Shown here: positions 41,901-53,900 of the stretch, in pieces | How the letters are laid out: each line of letters starts with the position of its first letter | Numbering within the stretch: position 1 is the stretch's first letter | NCBI GenBank assembly: GCA_964016885.1 | Contig: OZ024755.1 | Location: forward strand, 14,136,001 to 14,200,000 | From: Eledone cirrhosa | Lineage: Eukaryota | DNA length: 64,000 nt | Direction of reading: 5' to 3' | Position numbers and translations under genes: made by a program | Notes under the pieces: generated by a model | What the model was told of the DNA's origin: nothing | Seen by the model: the letters and a program-made list of their open reading frames with translations, nothing else | Database searches by the model: none

Positions 41901-44900
41901 AGGGATTTACTTAAATTATTAATTATTTATTTTGTTACAAAGATAGTAATTTAATGTCAGGTTCTTATATAAAATTATAATGATAATAATAATGAAATTA
42001 TTGTGTAGTGCTCAGGAAATCTTTAAAATGGGTGGCTTTATTTTATAGAACCAGAGCCAGTTTTAGCCCTGTTGGTAACAAAAGGGTTTAAACTAGCAGA
42101 TTTGCACCATAGAACTAAGGACAGTTTCAGGCAGTTTGGTATCAAAAGACTTAATTGAGATAATTCTTCAAATCCTACCTTCTTCACTTCTAGTTTCTAT
42201 TAAAGACTCATCCTGGCATATTTTCACAGGTGTCATATTCTTGTCGGCACAATCTTTGGAACGTCGCTTGGGACCCCAATTTGGAGTCTGCTGGTCTTTG
42301 TTGAGCCGGTCATTAATGTCTTGAAGAAGGCGCCGTTTACGATTCCTTAACGAATTGTTCAAGTAGTTTGGAGTGAATGCTTCAGGTGACTCTTTCTGGA
42401 ATAAGATGACCATTACAAAATAACAAAATGAAAAATACAAGAAACAAATAAAAATAATAATTGTTTCTACTTAAGGCACAAGGCCAGCAAATACCCAGTG
42501 CATTACTGGTACTTTATTTTATCAACCCTGTAAGGACGAAAGGCAAAGTCAACCTCGGCGGGATTTGAACTCAAAATGTAAAAGGATATAACTATATGCC
42601 ATAAAATATGTTATCTGACGCTCTACCGATTCTACTGCCAATTCAACACAATAAATTTTATTATTGCAACCTAAGTCAGGAAATCAATATTTCTTTGTGA
42701 ACCTTTAATTCTTTAAGTTATGCCAAGGACATGACAACTTCTCTAATGTAGATGCATCCCGTACACTCTGTAATGTGGTTGGTGACAGAAAGGGTATTCA
42801 GCCATAGAATACTTGCCACACAAAGGGTCAAGATGACTCTTCAATTGTGTTAAAGACATGACAACCACCATACTGATAGTGCCACAATAAAACACACCCA
42901 GTTGGAAATGCATATAAACAAGATGTAAACTCATGGCCCATCTGAGAGGTTAGTAGCTCTGAATATGTTCTGACAAGGTCTGTGACAACCCATCCCACCC
43001 TTGCTAGCAGGGAAAATGGGTGTTAAATGATGATGATAATGTAGATGATGTAGTGATGATGATGATGTAGATGATGATGATTTAGAATATTGCATTGCTT
43101 CCAAATATTTTACCAATGCAACCTAATTTAACAAATCAATAGTCCTCTGCAAACCCAAACCTTCCTTTTTATTTTATTTTATTTATTATATTTTTAAATA
43201 TATTCCAATGAGTATACTTATAATTTCATTAGTTTCTTGGGGGAAATATTCTTCAGATTCTGTCTGAAATTCTCAAATGAGGAATTATCATTATTATAAA
43301 CTAATATATTTAGTCTAATCGTGCTCATCTTTGTTGCTATAATCACAACATTTTAGCTCTCATATCCTCCAGCCTTTCTTCACAGGATTTAGCATTAGTA
43401 TAAACTAAAGTTATTCAGACTAGTGACCAATGAGTTACTTGTACCACCCCACACCTTAACCGCCACTTTAAAGTGTAGTGGTACAACTTCTTCCTCAATC
43501 TCAACAACTACAATGATTGTAGGCACAACACAAGCAATGCGAGGGAGAAAGCTGATTCCTGAGGTTACCACGTTTAATCACCTCCTTGCAACACACATGA
43601 ATATTAAGTATGAATTCTAAAAAAAAAAATTCAGGATAGAAATGCAATGCAAATATCATCGTCATCATCATCATCACTGTTTAACATCCATCTTCCATGT
43701 TATCATAGGTAAGATGAGTTGTCTCTTAACATATGGCTCTACATATAATTGTTTCTACTTTAGGCACAAGGCCAGCAATTACCCAGTACATTATTGGTAC
43801 TTTATTTTATCGACCCCGTAAGGATGAAAGGCAAAGTTAACCTCGGCGGGATTTGAACTCAGACTGTAAAGGGACGCAACTATGCTAGAAAGCATGGCGT
43901 CCAACCCTCTACCGATACTGCCAATTCACTGCCCTACATATAATGGTTTCTGTTTAAGGCACAAAGCCAACAATTTTGGAGGGGAGGAGAAAGTTGATAA
44001 AATCAACCCCATAACGTTACTGGTACTTTATTTTATTGACCCTCATAAGGATGAACTCAGAAAGTAAAAGGATGTAACTATATGACACAAAACATCTTCT
44101 CCGATGCTCAAACATTACTGCCAATCTACTGCCCTGTTTCTTACATATAATAGCAATTAGGGGGAAGAGGAAAAGTCATGTTAGTGTTGCATATATTACT
44201 AGGGTGGCTAGATGTTAGCATCTAGCCATGTACGAGATCTCTCCACTATCATAAAACAATAAACAAGTGGGGAGATGCTATACTGGAGAAGATCTATCAA
44301 ACCCATGCAAACAAGGGAAAATGGATATAAATATATAAAAAAAAAAGCTTACCCTTTCAAATAAATACATATCCTCACAGGCACAAGCATCCATTTGAAT
44401 ACTGCCCCAAAACCACTGAAATATAAATAAAACAGTATTTTTATTTGCTTCAATATAGTCCGTAAATAAATGACAGTAGCATGCATGAATGATCCTGCAG
44501 TTTCTGAAGGAGTCGTAGAGGCACCGTATAGACATACGGCATTTCTAGGGCATTTTTAAACCCGGCAGAGCCCATCTGCTCTCCAGGTCTGAATACAGCA
44601 ATTTCTTCCAGGGAAAGATAGAAAATGAGAGAATGGAAGTGAGAAAGAGGTATGAAGGAAGAATTGACCCCAGTACTAGACTAGTACTTTTTTTATCAAT
44701 CTTGAATGGATGAAAGGCAAAGTTGACCATGGTGGGATTTGAACTGAGAAAGCAGAAAGCCAGAACAAATCCACAAAGCATTCTATCCAATATTCTACCA
44801 ATTCTGCCAATTCGCTGCCTTGGTGTCAAACCCCAACAATCTAATGACAAGTTGTTGTCACCAAAGTTGTCCTTCAACAAAACTCCAGATTAGAGGTCTG

Positions 44901-47900
44901 AGGTCTGTTCACATATCAAGGACATTTGTTTGAATGGTAGACTTAACATCATCATTTGAACTTTAAGGACCAATTTTTGCAAGTATTCAGACCAGGTCTC
45001 TGGTTTAAGGAATAACTTCCTCCTTTTCTCCCACCAGTCTCGGAAACGCTGCTTTCCCCACCCACACCCCTGATGAAGGGGGTGAGAGATTTACTAGTCA
45101 TGTAAGGCCAATATATAACAAATTACTTGTTTAAGTAAATGTCCTTTTTCTCACCAGTCTTGGTGACACTGCCCCTAGCCCTACCCTTGATGAAGCAGAA
45201 GAGAGATTTACTAGTCGTGTAAAGCAGATTACATAGAAAATTGCTTGTTTGAGAAAATTTCCTCCTTTTCCCTCACCAGTCTTGGTGACACTGCTCCTCC
45301 CCTCTGATTAAGCCGAGGGGGCTAGATTTACTAGTCATGTAAAGGAAATATATAGAAAATTACTCGTGTGAGAAATAATTCTAAAATAGTTTGTAGGTTA
45401 ATTATTTACAGAACCTCAACTAACTCATAAACAATTTTTATAAATCAATACTTAACTACAAACCTACATAAATGATTTTTTAAAAACTTTGATGAGTTTT
45501 CAGAAGCCTCTAATTGCTTCCAAAAGCTTATTCATGTTAGGTTTTATAAGAAATCGATATAATATTAGTAAAATATATTTCAAGGGTGAGGTCAACAAAT
45601 AAAATGGCAGGTTTAAATCCTGGAAGTCAAAGATTCAGATCCAATGACAAAAGATATCTTATTCTATATTCCTCAATTGAATTAATAAAGAACAAATGAA
45701 GGAGGTTACACAGAGGGGGTATCTTGGGTGTTTTAATGAAAGGAAGGCAGGGGGGTTCTATCCTGAAAAGCAACATAAAATTAAGTGTTTTGCTCAAAAA
45801 TACAAGGCAGCCATATCGTAACCACACAGCCATACAGACACCCATGAAAACCAAGCCAAAAATGGAACATGTGAGCAAGACATGTTTCTTTGACCAATCT
45901 AGGCTCAGATCGTAATGATCTGTCCAACCCATGCCAACATGGATTATGATGATGATGATGGCAGCCAATCCTGTACATCCTAAACAGCCAGTCATACCGG
46001 CAATCAAATCAGTCACACTTCCATACCTCCACTGGTTCTTCAATATTAAAGTATTTTTTAAAGCATTTATATTTATTTAAAAGCCTTCCATCATAATTTT
46101 ATTTAGGAACCTTTGTTAAGTTATGCTCCAAATAGCAGCTTCATAATGAAAAAAAAGGAGTTATATTACTAAATTACTTGGAATCCATTATTCTCAGAAT
46201 TATTTTAAATATTATAGACAGTGTTTTGTATTATAAATGTGGTAATGAAAGGATTAACCATACAGCCATGTCTACACCAACCAAACAACAGAAGGGTCCA
46301 TTTTTAGATGACAAGATGTGCAGATGTAAGACTAATTATTTAGCTTCAAATATATAGATTGATGTAACAAGTTCTAGATCAATATTCATGAACATGCTTG
46401 AACACTTTATGTCCAGAGTTGATAGTATATGACAGACTTGCAGATTAGCTGAAAACTTCCTCCCCTCTTATCAACCAAGTGAAATTGTATTTGACAGTAT
46501 CAAGAGAACAGGTGGTAAAAGACAAAGACACTAACTTAACCCCTTGGATACAAACCAACTGAAACCACTCTTAGTTTTATGACACTAAGCTTATATATTT
46601 TAAAGTATTTATATCTATCTTTTCTTCTTCTTCATTGCCCACTTATTCCTGAGAGGGTTGTGGGAGCAGCCCTTCAACACTCCTTCCAACAGGTCCTGTC
46701 AGAAGCAACCATCTCCAATTGATCCGGCTGGATTCCCAAGCGAAACAAGCCGAGCTCATGGATGTTATTCAACCAACTTGCTCGGGGTCTTCCCCTGGGT
46801 CTCATGCCAGTTGGTTTTACCCATAAAATCTGTCTAGCAATTCTTCATATGCATTTTGAAGTCTGGTACTTATTTTGACAACCTTAATTTGGCAAACCGC
46901 TAGTGAATGAAACATAAATGAACAGCAAACACACACACACACACACACATATAGACACACATACAACAAAGTTTTTGATATTTTCAAAATTATAGGCAAT
47001 GTCTTTAATTAGAGGTATGGTAACAAAAGGGTAAGAGCACATATAAATGGAATGCTCAAAACTTGCATATTAGTTTCATGAGCAGGTTGTTCCAATGATC
47101 AAACAACAGAAACACTCAGCATCAAGACTGACAATACTTTACCCTTTCATGATTGCATTTATAATGAAATACAGTCTATTTTAATTAATGAAGAATTTTG
47201 AGGAATTTTCTCAAATTATTAATTATTTCATTACTAAGATAGTAACTTAATGTACGGCTCTTATATAAAATTGTTGGAAGATTTTAATTTAAATTGGAAA
47301 CCTTTAAAATGGGTGATTTTATTTCATAGAACCAAAGCCGGGTTGGTAAGTAAAGGGTTAATGCTGCCAAATGGTTAAAGAGTTTGCTTCGCAAACATTA
47401 GATCCCTACATTAACATTAGGTTCAATCCCATTGCATGGCATCATCAGTGAGTGTTATTTAGCATAGCTTAAGGTTGACACATGGGTTACGAATCAAATT
47501 GGGAGGCAAAAACTGCTTGAAAGCCCATTGGATGGACTCTAATTGTAATTCAAAGAGCCAGTCTTATGCCACACAGTTATGCTGAATCTCCCTGAGAATT
47601 TACACATTAATTTCATAGCAGCCTGTTCCATTGATGGAACATCTAGGATACTGGTCATCGAAACCAACAGTGGCATGTGTACAACAGTATAACAATGGTA
47701 ACTTAGTAGTCTTGATCTACAATCATGACTGTACTCCATACATCATCAACAATTAATTATTAACAAACTGAACAAATGAAGTAGTTAAATTACATACACA
47801 CATACAAAGAGAGAGACAGACAGACATAGATTACAGAGAGAGAGGGGGGAGAAGGGGGGAGGGGGCAAAGAGGGAATGAGAGAGAGACAAGAAAGAGTGA

Positions 47901-50900
47901 AGGAGAGAGAGAGAGAATCAGAGAAATAGAGAGGGAATCAGAGAGAGGGGGAGAGACAGAGAGAAAAGAGAGAGAGGGGGGGGGGGGGAGAAGATAGTCA
48001 CAGAGGTCACATCTATAAAACATCAACCGTTCGAATCATTTGTCATCTTTAATTCCCCAAACCTCAATCAACATAGTTGTAAATATGAACAGACGGAGCA
48101 AATCAGATTGCTGGTGCAGTACCAACGCCAAACTGTAATGAATACAACAATAATATTACCATTGTTGTTGCTGCTGCTGCCATTGTTGTTGTTGTTATAG
48201 TAGTACCAATGAGTGGACTTCTATAGAATCATTGAAACAGTTCTCTGAATGTCTCTCTTAAAACACTCCACTGTCATTAAATTTGAGAACCACATGTATT
48301 AATATTCAATAAATTATGAATACTTAAGATTAAACATCCTTTCTTTAGGCTGTGTTGAGTCGCCTGCTATTGTCTTCTCAATTTACTTCCTTTACATATA
48401 TACATATGTGTGTGAGTGTAATATATATATATATGTATATTCCATGTCTTTCTATAACAACTGTATATTTATCAGATTTCAATGCTGTAAACTATTAAAC
48501 TTCACACTGTAACATACATACACAAACATACATACATAGATAGATAGATAGGTAGAAAGAGACATATAATAGACACACAGACAAATGGTGTGTGTGTGTG
48601 TATGTATGTGTGTGTGTATATATACACACACACACACAACACATATATTATTTTATTCTTGTACTGGTTTCAGTAATTAGACTGTGGCCGTGCTAGGGCA
48701 ACCATCTTAAAGAGATTTAGGTCGATCATAATGGCCCGAGTACGTATTTTTAAGTCTGGCATTTATTTTGTCAACCTCTATTTATCAAACCGCTAGTGAA
48801 TGGAACATAAATGAACAGTAAACGCACACACACAGCTATGGACAAATACACTCTGACACGAACATCCACCCACACACACACAATAAATACCCGCACAGAT
48901 CTATCAACAAAATTTCACTCACAAGGCATAGGTCAACTCATGACAACAGTAAAAATCACTTACCCCAGGTGTTATGCAGTGTGACTGAACCCAAAAACCA
49001 CATTGTTGAGAGGCGAACTCCTTAACCACATAGCTACACCCAATGACTGACTGAATACATACATGTTCTTGCTCAAAAAAAATGTTTTTCCATTCCTTCT
49101 TTTCACTCTCTATCTTTCTATTTTATCTTTTATTTCTCATTCTATTTCCTGATGAAGGCCTAGTGTCTGAAACGTAAAGACTGTTTTCCTAGTGTTAAAC
49201 TAATATATTTCTTCATTATACTGCATTGTTTGCTTTGTTGTTTCAGTTTACTTTTTGCATACATACATATATATATATAAACCCAAGCAAGCGTGGAAGA
49301 TGGACGTTAAACGATGATGATGATGGCACACACATATGCACATACACATATATATTTGTGTGTGCGCATGCCTATGTGTGAGTGTATATATTTATATACA
49401 TTTCTATTTAATAATGTATATTTATATAATCACTGACAAGTAAATTTATGTTTCTTCTATCATGACATATCAAACTGAACATGTCTGTATTGAAAGCCTA
49501 CCCCAAGTGGAACCCAACCGAAGAGCCACCAGCTATCAACGTTAAATCAGCCATAAATACTAAGACAATGAAAGAGCTGTAGTCACGCACAGCTAGAGGA
49601 TAGGTGTTGACATGTTGGAAACCTTAGACCATGTATATACTATTACTTAGAACGAAAAGCTGGCTATACAATTTCAGTGTGCAAAGTGTGATACTGCATG
49701 GAAGTGAAACATGGGGAGCAGAGGGGGTGAATGTCCTGGACACTCCTAATCAAATAACACCCCCTCGAACAACAGTCCTGGCCCCACAAACCTAAACTGC
49801 TCTGGGCCCCCAACAAATCTGAACTGCCCCGTGCCACACCAATGTCTAAATATGGCCCTGGAAACATGGGCAGTTAAATGCAGAGAGAAATGTGTGATTC
49901 TAAAGAGCACAAAAAGCAAAGGATAGATGAGTGTGAGAGAAATCAAATGGAGTGTGCAAGAGAGAAGACTGCTGGTATGGACATGTGATACATATGGATG
50001 ATGATTGTTGGGTGAAGAAGTGCCAGAAATTCCCAGTGGAAGACCTATCCTATCCCAGGCCATCCGATGAGATGCTCCACTCATCATCCCTAGGTCAATA
50101 GAATGAATATCACGTGACTAGTTCCTCTTTTTATTTAGGAAATTCAGAAGCAATAAAGACTAATTGGGGACATAACCTAAGATTCTTGCATAAATTATGT
50201 TGGATCCTTATATATAGAAGATCCCATTAAGGGTGAAAGCAGCAATTCTTTGCTTAAACTTTAATCTGTTATTTTAATAAATATTTGCTCTAGGGTTCTT
50301 ATATATTTGATATATATTTATCCTTATCGAGCCCTCTTTGGATTTTAGTCTTCACATTTATTATTATTATTACAATATCATTTCATTTTTTTTTCATTTC
50401 ATTTTACGTCCGCTTTCTCCCTGCTTGCAAGGGTGGGACGGTAACTGATTTTGGCTTGATTTCTACAGCTGGATGCCCTTCCTAACACCAACCTCATTTA
50501 CAGTGAGTGCTGGGTGCTTTTTTGCCGTGGCACCTCCACGACCACTTTGCAGTGGAATGATAGGGACCCCAGTCCCTATCATCTCATTTCTACAGCTGAG
50601 TAAACTGGAGCAATGTGAAATAAAGTGTCTTGCTCAAGGAAACAACACATCACCCGGTCTGAGAATTGAACTCACAACCTTTCGATTGCAAGGCCAATGC
50701 TCTAACCACTACGCCATGTGCCTCCATATATATATATAAGGGCGGTGGATTGGCAGTATCGGTAGAGGGTCGGACGCCATGCTTTCCAGCATAGTTACGT
50801 TCATTTACGATCTGAGTTCAAATCCCGCCGAGGTTGACTTTGCCTTTCATCCTTACGGGGTCGATAAAATAAAGTACCAGTAATGCACTGGGTAATTGCT

Positions 50901-50929
50901 GGCCTTGTGCCTAAAGTAGAAACAATTAT

Positions 50930-50966
<37 letters not shown>

Positions 50967-53900
50967 TATAAAATTGCAAGTTTGTAGAAATCAACCATAT
51001 AAATAATCATTTAAATGAGGCTATAAGTTTAAAATGTAACTATGAAGAAATAATAGACGAATGATACAGACTATTTTCCGAGAGGAACAGTCAGATAAAA
51101 TTTATCTAGTCATTCCTTTTAGCCCGTAGAAATTAACTAGACAAATAATCAACTAAACGGAGCTAGGTCTAAAATATAAGTTAGAAGAAAAAAATGCATA
51201 TAAATTTTACCAAAATTCCTCTAGTCCCGACTGTCGACAGTTTCGCTCGTTCTTTGTGCATATATCCGATCCTGGAATTATACATGAGGCTTCGAGCTTA
51301 TCAAGAGACCAGAAATGACATATATATATATGTGTGTGTGTGACACAGAGGAGACTGAGGTTAGCTAGACATGCTCACCGACATCCAGAGTTGACATTGC
51401 ACTCAGTGCTCCTGTGGGAACCCCTACATGGACACACTCGAAGAGGAAGACCAAGGTTAACGTATGTTGATGCCCTAAGGACAGACACTGGTCTGTTGGA
51501 GACGAAAGACATGGCAGCGATCATGAGGGACAGAGACCACTGGAGAGAACTCGTCCATGGATCTCGGGAATTTTACCCGCCCTAGAATATACTTTAAAAC
51601 AGTTCTGTATTGCAGTTTAAAGTGGTCAGATATCAAAAGGGTTAAATTGGTAGTGTAGCAATGACAACTTAATGCAAGGGAAGTAATTCCAAAAGCCAAT
51701 TTTGGACAGTTTCTCTTGGTATATAACTCTCCAGTTGAAAAAGATAAAGAAAGTTACAGAAAAATGCACAGAAAAATACACCAAGATGGTTGGTTAAAGG
51801 AAAGGCATCTAGCTGTAGAAATCATGGCAAAAAAAGTTGAGAGGACCCATCAGTTGTGTCAAGAGCACAACAACCTCTCTAGTGTTGGTGACACAATAAA
51901 ATGCACCCAGTGGACTCTGTAAAGTGATTGGTGAAAGGAAAGGAATCCAGTTGTAGTAAACTTGCCAAATAAAGAATTGGGAGACCTCTTCAGTTGAGTC
52001 AAAGACATAACTTACTTAGAGCTGATGACACGATAAAATGTACCCAAGACATGCTGCTACTGGAAGTGTTATTGAAGTTGACACTATTGGTGATAGTGAC
52101 AATGGTAGTTGTGTTGACCGTGGTATTGGTGGTTGTGCTGCTGCTGGAGGTGGTGGTGTTGGTGGTGATGGTGGTGCTGTTAATGGTGGTACTGGTATTT
52201 CTGTTGATGTTGGTATTTGTGTTAGTGGTGGTGATGGTGCTACTACTGTTGGTGGTGGTGGTGGTGGTGTTACTGCTCTTGGTGGTGATGATGATGACAA
52301 TGATGACAATGATGATGATGATCTTCCAATATTCAGCTCCTATAGTGATCAACTAAACATTCCACCAGTCTGACTTCTCTGCTACTGTTAACAGAATCTA
52401 TTGCTGTTGTTTATCATTAACTCTGGCTTTGTTGGTTGGTTCATGAATTAGATGTTAATTTACATTTAGTCAACATGGGGGATTTGAAATAGCAATATCC
52501 ATTACTTTTATCTCAGCTCTTTAGCTTTAAATGTTGCCATGTATCAGGAGACATCTGAGATTAACAAACTAACCACAGTCTTATTCTACTTCACATAAAC
52601 ATGGATACTTTCCTAGCGAAAAGCAATATCCTCTTTTTATCTTTCCCCCCTTCTGTCCCCTCTCCTCTCCTTCTACCCTGTACATCCCCCTCTCTCTCTC
52701 ACTCCCTTCCTCTCTCAGGCAGCATATTTCCTTGAAGTATTTGTTCCAGCTTTCTGCACTGTAAATTCAAATAGTGTAGCAGTCAACTTTGTATTTCGTT
52801 CTTTTGGAGTTGATAAAACTAAGATCCAGTACCGAGCGAGGGATTGGCAGAATTGTGAGAACATCGGACAAGATATCCAAGAGGACTTGTTCCAGCTCTT
52901 TGCATTCTGGGATCAAGTCTTATTGTAGCCTATTTGGTGGTAGATTTTATCCATTGCCCAGTTTAACATAACCACCTGGCCCTTTAGTACCATTAGGAAA
53001 ATCCACCAGCTGGATCCCCAAACAGGACCAGACAGCAAATAGATGTTGTCCAACTACCTTGCTCAGGGTCTACCCCTGGGTCTCCTGCCACCTGGTTTAG
53101 CCCATAAAATCTGTCCAGCAATTCTTTCCTGAGACATTCTAAGCACATGCCCATAGAGACATCAGGGCAACAAGAAGCTGTACATCGATCCCATTTCCCT
53201 TCCTGAAAAAAATAACAAAAAAAAGGCACCCAGAAACACACAACATGAATACTCACTTCAGTTCTTACAATGAACCCGTCAGGGTTACTGATGGCAGGGA
53301 CATGGTCAGTAATTTGGTCATCAATCACCAAATGAGTAGCCCTTTCATCATTGCACTTGACATAGGTACCACCTGAAATTGAAAACAATTCCTTATTGAC
53401 ACATAACTGCTCAAGTTACAATTTCAGAACTACTTTTACCATATTTCTAAAGAAAGACACTGCCTATGATTTTCAAATCATTCTAAAAAGAATAAAAAAT
53501 TTGGAGGATTTATAGAATTTTCTCATTATTAAGCTGGTATTTGAAACATAAATGTTCTTACACAAAATTTTGGTGGAAGGTTTTTTGATATATATAAACA
53601 CTTTAAACCTTTCATTGCCATATTTCTAATGAAAGACACTACCTATGATTTTCAAATAGTTTTGTAAATAATGAAGGATTTGGTGGGATTTATAAATAGA
53701 ACTAACTTTCTTCTTAATAAGCAGGTATTTGAAACAGAACACAACAAAATGTTCTTACATAAAATTATGATGGAAGGGTTTTCAATATATATAAACACTT
53801 TAAACCTTCCATTACCATATTTCTAATGATAGACACTGCCTATGATTTACAAATAATTTTGTAAATAAGAATTTGGTGGGATTTATAAATATAACTTTCT

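Noticed and set aside
50741-50830. tRNA gene candidates from A and B boxes
   Set aside because: They are heads of multi-copy SINEs with no complete cloverleaf.
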